DNA from: a virus
DNA: 64,000 nt
Reading direction: 5' to 3' (one strand)
UHGV virus genome: UHGV-1353844
Within the stretch, counting starts at the first letter, position 1, and each line of letters begins with the position of its first letter. Made by a program: the position numbers and the translations under genes. Below the pieces are notes generated by a model, which worked only from the letters and a program-made list of their open reading frames with translations, did no database searches and was not told the origin of the DNA. Of the stretch, positions 29,550-37,625 are shown piece after piece.

Positions 29550-30749
29550 ATGGCCTCCATTGTTTATCAATATCCTTTAGATTTAACGGGCTCGCTAACG
29601 TCTAACGCTGTAGAGCGTCAGATTACGTTAGGTACAGGTAAAGTAAACCGTGCTTTTGCTTTTCCTGACGGCCCGTTCTTTGCGGACACGTTCCGTTTAC
29701 GTGTTGCTAACCGACCGGATGCAACCTACGAACGTGGTACCGATTATGAGTTGATTTTTGCACACCCGACTTATGAAAAGCTGACTAAAAACCGCGAGAT
29801 TGTTATGGCGGTGGTGGTCACTAACACAGCGATTCCAACAGATATTACGGTATCTGCGCAGGTCGTTGGTGGTCCACAGTCTGCGAACATTGTGGCTATC
29901 GAACAGGCGATTGCTGAATTAAACCTCGATAACCGTACGATTGCGTTTAAAGACCTGCGTAACGTACCGGATACATTCCCATCTGCACCGACGTATAAAG
30001 ACGTGGGTGACATCTACGGTTTTGAATATATCATTACCGTATTGGCGGGTATTAAAGATGCGATCAGTTCCGGTGACGCGGTACAGTTAGAGAACATTAA
30101 AGCGATTTTAGAAAGCCTGAAAAATGACTTCTTAGACGCTTTAAATGCACACATCAACGCAACCGGTAACGTTCACCATCTTGATATTCATCAGGTTAAC
30201 GGGTTAACAGAAACTGAAATCCGTGCGCTTATTCGTGACGTCCAGTCTGCCATCGACGCAACGATTACGGAAATCAATGCACTGAAGAAAGCGGACGAAG
30301 CTTTAGGTAAGCGTATTGACGCTGTTGTCAACTCTCTGGAAGCGTGGAACGACCAACTTAACGTGGTTGCTCAAAACTACCAGAAAATGGCCTTAGCGTT
30401 AGCGAACCTGAACTCGTTAGTGTTACAACTGCAAAAGAGCATCAACGATTTAAACACAAAACTGAATCAGGTTATTCAGCGTGTTGCCGCGTTAGAGCAA
30501 CAGGGTCAAGAAACCGATCAGAAAATCGATCAGGTACAACAGAACCTGGATGCGCTTAAACAGCAAGTTAACAATAACACGAACGCAATCAGTCAAGCGA
30601 ACCAGAACCTACAAAACCACATCGCGGCAGATAACCCGCACACCGGTTATCTCCACAAGAGATACGGTGGTGTGGTTCAGGCCCCAGTACACGTTAACGC
30701 TAACCTGACGTCTCGTGATGACGTACAGGCGGAAGCGGGTACGAAATAA
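29550..30749 (+). CDS. fibre-associated protein (399 aa) with shared N-terminal module and C-terminal coiled coil
   Basis: ATG at 29550 with AAAGGAG SD (track starts at GTG 29544); N-terminal DGPFFADTFRL...GTDYEL; C-terminal half Q/N/L-rich heptads. Confidence 0.55.
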   Translation: MASIVYQYPLDLTGSLTSNAVERQITLGTGKVNRAFAFPDGPFFADTFRLRVANRPDATYERGTDYELIFAHPTYEKLTKNREIVMAVVVTNTAIPTDITVSAQVVGGPQSANIVAIEQAIAELNLDNRTIAFKDLRNVPDTFPSAPTYKDVGDIYGFEYIITVLAGIKDAISSGDAVQLENIKAILESLKNDFLDALNAHINATGNVHHLDIHQVNGLTETEIRALIRDVQSAIDATITEINALKKADEALGKRIDAVVNSLEAWNDQLNVVAQNYQKMALALANLNSLVLQLQKSINDLNTKLNQVIQRVAALEQQGQETDQKIDQVQQNLDALKQQVNNNTNAISQANQNLQNHIAADNPHTGYLHKRYGGVVQAPVHVNANLTSRDDVQAEAGTK

Positions 30750-30758
30750 TTTAATTAC

Positions 30759-30803
30759 AGGAGGAACTATGCTTATGGCTGGTTCCTCCTCTATTTTAAT
30801 TTT
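30759..30803 (+). terminator. terminator-like hairpin separating fibre module from Cys-repeat/radical-SAM operon
   Basis: AGGAGGAAC…GTTCCTCCT stem (13-nt loop) followed by CTATTTTAATTTT. Confidence 0.4.
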
Positions 30804-30814
30804 AAGGAAGCGTA

Positions 30815-31207
30815 ATGGCGATTAGTGTTAAACAAATGCGCGATCGGTTAACCACAGTAGAAAATACAGTCGCTACCGGCCCTCGTGTCAATGCGCAGGT
30901 CGCATCGAAAGCGCATAACGCGGCAGATTCGTTTTCCGGTTGGACGCCTTCGCGTTTAGACTGCGGAGGAGCGTGTTCGTGGACATGTTCTAACGGATGT
31001 ACTCACGGTTGCTCGAGCTGTTCAGGAAACTGTTCAGCGTCGTGCGTGGGTAGCTGCTCTTCGTCCTGTGGGGGCAACTGTTCGGGATGCTCTGGCTGCT
31101 CGGGGGCTTGTTCTAGCAGTTGTACAAGTACCTGTACTGGAAGTTGTACTGGGCGTTGTTCGCATAACTGTTCGGGTGCTTGCTCCGGCGGTTGCTCTGG
31201 TCGATAG
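30815..31207 (+). CDS. Cys-repeat protein 1 (130 aa): N-terminal leader-like region + (Cys-x3)n core; candidate radical-SAM substrate
   Basis: AAGGAAG SD; C-terminal ~80 aa has 20 Cys at almost strict 4-residue periodicity separated by S/G/T/A/N (…CSWTCSNGCTHGCSSCSGNCSASC…). Confidence 0.55.
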   Translation: MAISVKQMRDRLTTVENTVATGPRVNAQVASKAHNAADSFSGWTPSRLDCGGACSWTCSNGCTHGCSSCSGNCSASCVGSCSSSCGGNCSGCSGCSGACSSSCTSTCTGSCTGRCSHNCSGACSGGCSGR

Positions 31208-31216
31208 GGGGAAGAA

Positions 31217-31612
31217 ATGGCGGTTGGATTAGCTGAATTAGTAAGACGTCTTAATAACGTCGATAGTATCGCGCTGAAAAACACCACAGGTGTACAGAAC
31301 TACATCCGCAATAAGGCCACGAATAACGCGGACCTGTTCGGTGGTCGGAATCGTGCGCATTATGACTGTGCGGGCACGTGTTCCTTTACCTGCTCGAGTT
31401 GCTCTGGTGGCTGTACAGGGAACGCGTCTGGTGGTTGCGGTTCTTCATGCTCTGCAAACTGTACGTCAGGGTGTTCAAGTAGCTGTTCAGGGTGTTCGGG
31501 GAGTTGTTCGGGTGGGTGCGCTAATGCGTGCTCGGGCACTTGTACGGGCGGCTGTACAGCATCGTGCTCCAGTAGCTGTACCGGTGGCTGCTCGTCGTGC
31601 ACAGGACGATAG
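31217..31612 (+). CDS. Cys-repeat protein 2 (131 aa), paralog of 30815..31207
   Basis: Divergent N-terminal ~50 aa then (Cys-x3)n core (…CSFTCSSCSGGC…CSGSCSGGCANACSGTC…). Confidence 0.55.
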   Translation: MAVGLAELVRRLNNVDSIALKNTTGVQNYIRNKATNNADLFGGRNRAHYDCAGTCSFTCSSCSGGCTGNASGGCGSSCSANCTSGCSSSCSGCSGSCSGGCANACSGTCTGGCTASCSSSCTGGCSSCTGR

Positions 31613-31622
31613 GAGGTGAGAA

Positions 31623-31832
31623 GTGATTTCCCTCAAAAATATTCGAGACAGAATCGGTCAGGTTGAAGGCTACATTAAAACCACAGATGCGAATAACTAT
31701 ATTGCTAATCAGGGTACGGTGTCCTCAACGAATAACTTGGCAGGATTACCGTTAACTCACTATAACTGTAATGGGAGTTGTAGCTGGGCGTGCAGTGGTA
31801 GCTGTAGTAAAGGTGCAGGGGGAGGCAGGTAA
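31623..31832 (+). CDS. Cys-repeat protein 3 (69 aa), short paralog
   Basis: GTG start with AGGAGG SD; N-terminal region similar to the other two, short core CNGSCSWACSGSCS. Confidence 0.45.
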   Translation: MISLKNIRDRIGQVEGYIKTTDANNYIANQGTVSSTNNLAGLPLTHYNCNGSCSWACSGSCSKGAGGGR

Positions 31833-31953
31833 GTCTTCTGGTGGTGGTTCCATACCAAGCCCTTCGAAACCATCCTTGATAACAAAGCTGCTGTTTATGT
31901 TGGGTCTGAGCTAGACGCTAAAGATACTACCCGTGAAATAATTGGAGTAATCA

Positions 31954-32841
31954 ATGAAGAACGATCTACATCTTGCATATACGACAACGTTCAATCATCC
32001 ACTTCACATCTCTTCCCCTGATTCGGTACGTCACCATCTTGCTGATGATGTACGCTTAATTGCCATGATTCCTGGGGAATGGCCGAAAGTGCGTGGTCGT
32101 CATATCGCTAATCGTGACAACTTTACGGTTGAGAATACGTTCAAAATTCGTGATATGGTTGGCGAAAGCATCGTTGTCTTTACCGGTGACAACTCACAAC
32201 GCGGTAAACTTATCGACGGTAAATATTTCTTTAGCGACGGTGTGTTAAATAATACAGTTGACTTAGAACTTATGTTCACACCGTTTGAAGAACTCGATGC
32301 TAAACCAATGGCCCGTCGTTGGTGGAGTCCAGACTACCTGGGTGCGTTCCCTAACTATTACGCGTTGGTTGAAAAAGATACCAAAGAGTATTTTGATACG
32401 GAACCGTATATCGATATTGAAGGCTATCAAGAACTCGGAATTACGCATCTGGCCGACTTAATGGCGTACAGCTATAAGTTCGAATGGATTCGTGAACGTT
32501 CGGTTTGGAAAGCCATCACTGACGAACACGTGATTACGAAACGCATTCGTAAACCGTGGATGCAGCATATGGTTCAGGTACGTTTTGGTCAGAGCCCAGC
32601 TACCGAAGCGGACATTTCCAAACTCGTCAGCTTCTTGCTGTCGAAAGTTAAACTGACTGACGAAGAAGCCGAAGCAGTTAAGCCGATGCTTGACCGTGTT
32701 GTGACCTTAGAAGACCTCAAACGGATGAATAGCCGCTACAACGAACTTAACCGTTTACTGGAAGCGTATAATTCGCCACTGATTTTAAAACCCGGTGTTA
32801 ACTTCGACGAAGATCCTTTATTCGCCATCGATTATATTTAA
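31954..32841 (+). CDS. hypothetical protein in radical-SAM operon
   Basis: 295 aa; GGAG SD; between Cys-repeat genes and radical SAM genes. Confidence 0.5.
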   Translation: MKNDLHLAYTTTFNHPLHISSPDSVRHHLADDVRLIAMIPGEWPKVRGRHIANRDNFTVENTFKIRDMVGESIVVFTGDNSQRGKLIDGKYFFSDGVLNNTVDLELMFTPFEELDAKPMARRWWSPDYLGAFPNYYALVEKDTKEYFDTEPYIDIEGYQELGITHLADLMAYSYKFEWIRERSVWKAITDEHVITKRIRKPWMQHMVQVRFGQSPATEADISKLVSFLLSKVKLTDEEAEAVKPMLDRVVTLEDLKRMNSRYNELNRLLEAYNSPLILKPGVNFDEDPLFAIDYI

Positions 32842-32861
32842 AAATACTGGAGCAACCTGCA

Positions 32862-33779
32862 ATGATAGACAATGTGGAATCCAGGATCTCGACGAAGTTG
32901 TACGATAAACCCACTATATTGTCCGTAGTTACGACGTCTAAGTGTAACCTAGACTGTAGTTTCTGCGGTGGAGCCTACTACATGAATCGTGAAGATTCGT
33001 CTCGTGCTTTTCAACGCGAACGTATCCTGGAATTACTACAAGAGAATCCAGCTATTAAGGAAATACATTGGACGGGTGGTGAACCGCTACTCGTCCAACG
33101 TAAGATTGAGGATTTCGTTAACGAACTGAAAGTGTCTCATCCGCACCTTGAGCATCACTTGTATACCAACGGCTTAAAACTGCGTAAATCGCATCTTACG
33201 CTGCTAAAAGACTTTGAGCATGTGTTTGTATCAATTGATGGCTACAAACGTTCTGAGCGCCCTTTTATGCGCTTTATTGAAGAGGATAGCCACGAAGCAC
33301 TGGAAGCGTTATACGAACTCGATAACTTCCAAACCTGGGCTGTGATTACGCGTGACCAGTTAGCCGATAAGCGCTGGTATGAAGATATTGTGGATTTACA
33401 TCGTGCGATGTACCACTATCGTCCCCGTGCGTTTTCTCTGATGTTTGATGCCCAAATGCCAAAACCGTTGTCTCCCGATCACATCATGAACTTCGTTTAT
33501 GGTTATTTAAAGATTCAGGAGAATATGGAACGGCTGAACGTCCAAACCGGAGAATCGTGCGGCGTGTCTGTCAGCAAGATTTTCGAAAACGAGTGTAATG
33601 TCTGTAGCGAAGAGTTGTATTTGAACGCAGATGGAACAGAACATCAGCTTCAGAATGCACCGGCTATCTTAAACGGTGGGTGCAATCAGCTTGCTTGCTC
33701 TATCGGGGTAGGTGCTTACGAGTACATTAAACGCGTGATTTATGCAGAGCGTAAAAGGATAAGCAAAGATGAGCAATAA
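32862..33779 (+). CDS. radical SAM enzyme
   Basis: CxxxCxxC cluster (SKCNLDCSFCGG) at residues ~27-34; GGE motif (WTGGEPLL); additional C-terminal Cys pairs (CNVCSEE…CNQLAC). Confidence 0.7.
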   Translation: MIDNVESRISTKLYDKPTILSVVTTSKCNLDCSFCGGAYYMNREDSSRAFQRERILELLQENPAIKEIHWTGGEPLLVQRKIEDFVNELKVSHPHLEHHLYTNGLKLRKSHLTLLKDFEHVFVSIDGYKRSERPFMRFIEEDSHEALEALYELDNFQTWAVITRDQLADKRWYEDIVDLHRAMYHYRPRAFSLMFDAQMPKPLSPDHIMNFVYGYLKIQENMERLNVQTGESCGVSVSKIFENECNVCSEELYLNADGTEHQLQNAPAILNGGCNQLACSIGVGAYEYIKRVIYAERKRISKDEQ

Positions 33780-35103
33780 TGAAGCACCACGTTCACAACG
33801 TACTTACCAGGTGGTAACGAACCTGTCTTGTAACTTAGACTGTGAGTATTGTTACGAACGTAAGTATCCGCGTAATAACAAAGCGGCGGATATCGTGGAT
33901 TTCTTACACGCCTGTTTTGAGCGTGATAAAGATATTCCGAACATCGACGTCATTATTGATATCATCGGCGGCGAACCTTTTATGCAACCGAAACTGCTGT
34001 TAGCGGCGTTTGAAACCGCAGAACAGTTGTGTAAGGAGCATAATCGACCGTATATGTTCAGTATCTCCACGAACGGGACGTTGTTAGACCGTCCGTTAAA
34101 CCGTGAGATCGTCGAGCGTTGGAAAGACAAACTCTCCATCGGTGTGTCTATCGACGGGCTGCCAGAAGTCCATGACCGTTATCGTATCTTTACCACGACG
34201 CGTCAGGGTTCTTACGAAGCCGCTGTTCGTGGCTATAACTACTTAAAAGAAGTGGGTATTGCTGAACTGGGTATCAAGGCAACCTTTACAACCGAAACCC
34301 TCCCGCATTACGCGGCGAGTATGAAGTCGTTAATCGATATTGCGGGTGGTGGTACGATTTCGGGTAACGTGACGTACGAAGATATCCTTCCACGGAGCAT
34401 GGCAACGGATATTGCGTTGCAGATGATCGAGGTGATGGATTATTGGATTGAGAAAGGGCTGCACACCAATCCACGTAACGTGTTGTCCCACATCATTCCT
34501 GAAGGTCTGGATTTCCGTCAGATTTGGGACCCAGATTGGCGTGATAAACTGCTGTACGACGACACGCACCGTTATAACCCTGAACGTTTACGTCCGTTCT
34601 GTGGGACGTTGACGTTTATGACTTGTTTAGGTTTTGACCGTAAGGTGTATGGTTGTAACCGATTCATGTCAACGGTAACGTCACGCTCTGCGGTGTTTGA
34701 GTTAGTCGGTCGTGAGTTTGTTAGCTTAGACGGCGGGAAACTGCTGGAAGAGATTCAGACGCAATACACCAACTATCCTGAAACGTGCTTAGGTTGTCCG
34801 ATGAAACACGGTTGTGGGAGCTGTGCAGCTGCTTCCTACGAAAACGGTGAAGGGACACTGGAAGACCGTAAGGCGTACCACGCTGAACGACGTCAATGTG
34901 GTTGGACGACCGCAAAACTGATGGCGGCAGAATACTGGCGTCAACGTACAGGCACCGTCCACGCATCGTCACTGCACGATTCGTCTGTTTGTTACTGTCC
35001 GAAATGTACGCGTGAGCGTGAGCAAGCTAAACGTGCGTTAAATGCACAACCTACTGAGGCAAATAATGAAATCAATTCTGATCCACAATTTTACGAAGCG
35101 TAA
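33769..35103 (+). CDS. radical SAM/SPASM-domain enzyme (peptide-maturase-like)
   Basis: CNLDCEYC near N-terminus, GGEP motif, C-terminal Cys-rich SPASM-like cluster (CLGCPMKHGCGSC…); 11-nt overlap with the preceding radical SAM gene. Confidence 0.7.
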   Translation: MSNNEAPRSQRTYQVVTNLSCNLDCEYCYERKYPRNNKAADIVDFLHACFERDKDIPNIDVIIDIIGGEPFMQPKLLLAAFETAEQLCKEHNRPYMFSISTNGTLLDRPLNREIVERWKDKLSIGVSIDGLPEVHDRYRIFTTTRQGSYEAAVRGYNYLKEVGIAELGIKATFTTETLPHYAASMKSLIDIAGGGTISGNVTYEDILPRSMATDIALQMIEVMDYWIEKGLHTNPRNVLSHIIPEGLDFRQIWDPDWRDKLLYDDTHRYNPERLRPFCGTLTFMTCLGFDRKVYGCNRFMSTVTSRSAVFELVGREFVSLDGGKLLEEIQTQYTNYPETCLGCPMKHGCGSCAAASYENGEGTLEDRKAYHAERRQCGWTTAKLMAAEYWRQRTGTVHASSLHDSSVCYCPKCTREREQAKRALNAQPTEANNEINSDPQFYEA

Positions 35104-35632
35104 ACTCCACCTGGTTGAGCGTTTTCTGCGCAAACACAAACTCTATAACGTTCACGCCATTATCCCTGGTGAAGACTTTACAGATGAGATTAAACCTCTG
35201 TTGATTAAGTACGGGCTAAACGTGATGATTCCCGTTTACTGTACAGAGACAGGCCATGAGTCCGTTGTGGAAATCGAAAAACGTAATCCGGGTTTCGAAC
35301 AACGCGTACTGGATTACCCACGCCACAAGATCGAATTGCTTCGTTATTCTGCGGAGAATCCGAGTAGCGCATCTATTGCTGCATTAGCGGTGTCTTTCCC
35401 GCGTCTGCCAATCCGTTGCTTGCGTTCTACGTCTATCTACGATGCTTATTACGTAGAGCATCAGACGTTCAACGAAAATGTGTTACCACAGTTAACGGAT
35501 GAAGAACGCGACATTGCAAACGTGGTGTGGTCAAACGATCTCTCTGAAACCTTCCAGTTGGTTGATTTTGGCTTGCTGCAAGAATTAGGTATGGTTGGAG
35601 AAGAAGAATGTCTGCTTCTAACAAAAGCTTAA
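35066..35632 (+). CDS. hypothetical protein in radical-SAM operon
   Basis: Start moved to ATG at 35066 (GAGG SD) rather than 35042. Confidence 0.4.
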   Translation: MKSILIHNFTKRKLHLVERFLRKHKLYNVHAIIPGEDFTDEIKPLLIKYGLNVMIPVYCTETGHESVVEIEKRNPGFEQRVLDYPRHKIELLRYSAENPSSASIAALAVSFPRLPIRCLRSTSIYDAYYVEHQTFNENVLPQLTDEERDIANVVWSNDLSETFQLVDFGLLQELGMVGEEECLLLTKA

Positions 35633-36282
35633 CGAAAGAAGAGATTCGGGCGCGTTATTTCGCGCACGATCTGCCAATTGACCGCCACGGTAACTACATG
35701 GAACGTGTAGGTAACGAAGACCGTGGTCGTACGGGGTTCTGTGCATTACTGCACTATAAGTTGATTGAAGGGATGAGTGATGAAGAAGCTTTAGCTCAGA
35801 TGCAAACTTACGAAATGTCTCCTATTGAGGCGAAGTTTACACTGAACAAAGCAAAAGAATTCATTACTGACGTTCTGGAGATTAACCTGGACGAGATTCG
35901 TTCGAATATGCGCTCGACGTCTCGCTATATCTATTTAGATATCCAGAAAATCATGTTGGAAATTGAACACCGATACGAAGACCAGCGTCACGGTTATATC
36001 GAAGTTGACGGCCATCATTTCCAAGCGGATGAAACCTCTCGTCAGATGCTGGGTCAATATATCCAGTCTGAAACTGCACCGGATTATTGGCTGGACACGT
36101 CGAATACACGTATAGAACCGTTTACGCTGGAGCAATGTAAAGCGTTAATGGCGGCTATTGTGAAACGTGACCAACAGCTACACAACGCGATGTCTGCCCA
36201 GAAAAGTGAAATTCGTCAGTACGCCGAACAGCGTGACTACGACACGATCCGTGCACTTGCGCTGGAAATGGGATTAGAATAA
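35608..36282 (+). CDS. hypothetical protein, last gene of radical-SAM operon
   Basis: 224 aa; GGAG SD; followed by bidirectional terminator. Confidence 0.5.
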   Translation: MSASNKSLTKEEIRARYFAHDLPIDRHGNYMERVGNEDRGRTGFCALLHYKLIEGMSDEEALAQMQTYEMSPIEAKFTLNKAKEFITDVLEINLDEIRSNMRSTSRYIYLDIQKIMLEIEHRYEDQRHGYIEVDGHHFQADETSRQMLGQYIQSETAPDYWLDTSNTRIEPFTLEQCKALMAAIVKRDQQLHNAMSAQKSEIRQYAEQRDYDTIRALALEMGLE

Positions 36283-36286
36283 AAAA

Positions 36287-36329
36287 TACCTACCTCCGTA
36301 AAGGAGGTAGGTAAACTTATTATTTTTTG
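36287..36329. terminator. bidirectional rho-independent terminator
   Basis: TACCTACCTCC-GTAAA-GGAGGTAGGTA flanked by A-run upstream and T-run downstream; between convergent genes. Confidence 0.65.
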
Positions 36330-36350
36330 TTATAGTAGTTGACTTAGCGG

Positions 36351-36881
36351 TTAAGCAGTAAAACCGTCCAATTCACCGTCGGTGGTGGCCAGGTCAATAC
36401 GATTATCGACTACCTTCGGTGTAATTACGAAAGTTGCCATTACACCCGGTTTATAACGGAGGTTCTGTTCAGTAACGGTGCATGTCACGGTACGCAGAGT
36501 GACGTTTTCATGTTCGTCTTTCTGGTCTTCGGTGCTGTACACAACGTCACCTGGCGCGATAGCGTCGTCAGGTTTTACTTTGTTGATGTATAGCTGTAAC
36601 CAAGCGCGGAGTTCATTTTCTTGAACCCAACGAGACAGATCGTCAGTTAGTTCAATCCGTCCTACAACACCCGGCTCCAGACGATCGTAATGCAGTTCGA
36701 TTTCGCCTTTGAAATTCTCAGAACCCGGTAGTGCGGTCATGGTAACTTTGGTATTCTTACTTTCGCCTTCCAGCGCAGTAGGGAGACCAAAGGACACTTC
36801 TTTATCTGTAATCTGATGCGGTAGCTCAGCGTTAGCAGCATTATAAAGCGCGACCAACATCATCTGGTTAGTAGCGGCCAT
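36351..36881 (-). CDS. hypothetical protein, paralog pair (C-terminus ...ELDGFTA)
   Basis: 176 aa; shares N-terminal pattern and C-terminal GELDGFTA with 36951..37487. Confidence 0.5.
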   Translation of the reverse strand: MAATNQMMLVALYNAANAELPHQITDKEVSFGLPTALEGESKNTKVTMTALPGSENFKGEIELHYDRLEPGVVGRIELTDDLSRWVQENELRAWLQLYINKVKPDDAIAPGDVVYSTEDQKDEHENVTLRTVTCTVTEQNLRYKPGVMATFVITPKVVDNRIDLATTDGELDGFTA

Positions 36882-36916
36882 TATCTTAGGTCCTTAATAG
36901 AACAAGTTAGAGAAAT

Positions 36917-36942
36917 ATCGGGGGAGGTCACCCCCCCCGATT
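36917..36942. repeat. homopolymeric C8 tract (G8 on coding strand) within imperfect hairpin; shared flank TCA-Cn-GATT
   Basis: ATCGGGGGAGG-TCA-CCCCCCCCGAT between the two ELDGFTA paralogs. Confidence 0.5.
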
Positions 36943-36950
36943 TAACTTAC

Positions 36951-37487
36951 TTAGCCACCGACACCCGGTGCAGTGAAGCCATCAAGTTCACCTTCCAGAC
37001 CGCTCAGCGCTACCTTCTCAGGAGCTGGGTTGGAATAAGTGAAGGTGGCAATAGTACCAGCCAGGAATTTAATGTGTGCATCGTTTACTTTGACAGTGTA
37101 AACTTTAGCACCACTATCCCCGTCAGTTTTCTCAATGGTCAGTTCGCTTTCAGCGAAATAGTCATCGACATAACCTTTAGTAACCATTTCTTCGTTCAGT
37201 TTGGTTACAATGGCAGAGTTTTCCAGATCGAGGCTACCGGCTTTTTCGTAAGCTTTGGCACCGATCAGGTCTTGAGAAGCCAGACGAATGTAGTGGAATT
37301 CTTTCTCGCCTTTGAAGTTCTGGCTTTCTGCCTTGGCGGTCAGCGTAATTTTGGTGTTACGACCACCGGTACCGCTGTGCGCTTCGACAGCACCAAAATC
37401 GACATCATCAACCGTCAGATTAGAAGCGGTTCCTGGGTTTTTAGCAATTACAGCTTCGACGAACTGCAGTTTGAAGGTTTTAGCCAT
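36951..37487 (-). CDS. hypothetical protein, paralog pair (C-terminus ...ELDGFTAPGVGG)
   Basis: 178 aa paralog. Confidence 0.5.
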   Translation of the reverse strand: MAKTFKLQFVEAVIAKNPGTASNLTVDDVDFGAVEAHSGTGGRNTKITLTAKAESQNFKGEKEFHYIRLASQDLIGAKAYEKAGSLDLENSAIVTKLNEEMVTKGYVDDYFAESELTIEKTDGDSGAKVYTVKVNDAHIKFLAGTIATFTYSNPAPEKVALSGLEGELDGFTAPGVGG

Positions 37488-37625
37488 CTTTTTACCTCGT
37501 AAGTGGTAGGGGTGGATTGCATAAGAATGTTATTTTAGACATTTCCTAAAATATAGATATGACGGTTGGCAGTAGGCGCTAACCTGAAAAAATTAATTTT
37601 TCTTAATTTTAATAAGGGTGAGATT

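Noticed and set aside
31003-31619. Antisense/alternate-frame ORFs (31003..31287 -, 31290..31619 +, 31360..31602 -) with P/E/Q- or R/A/V-rich translations
   Set aside because: They lie entirely within the Cys-repeat genes and arise from the repetitive GC-rich TGY/GGN/TCN codons; no SD and low-complexity products.
30815-31832. Cys-repeat proteins as metallothionein- or keratin-associated-like structural proteins with no modification
   Set aside because: Not fully excluded, but the operon linkage to two radical SAM enzymes and the leader-like N-termini make a maturation-substrate role more likely; kept as alternative hypothesis.
32862-35103. Radical SAM genes as QueE (7-deazaguanine synthesis) or NrdG (anaerobic RNR activase)
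   Set aside because: Both proteins are much longer than NrdG/QueE, the second has a SPASM-like C-terminal Cys cluster, and no QueC/QueD/FolE or NrdD genes are nearby; context is Cys-repeat precursor-like genes instead.
37488-37625. Sigma70-like promoter (TTAGACA … TATAGAT) upstream of lipoprotein gene
   Set aside because: Spacing between candidate -35 and -10 is not close to 17 bp by my count; too uncertain to annotate.
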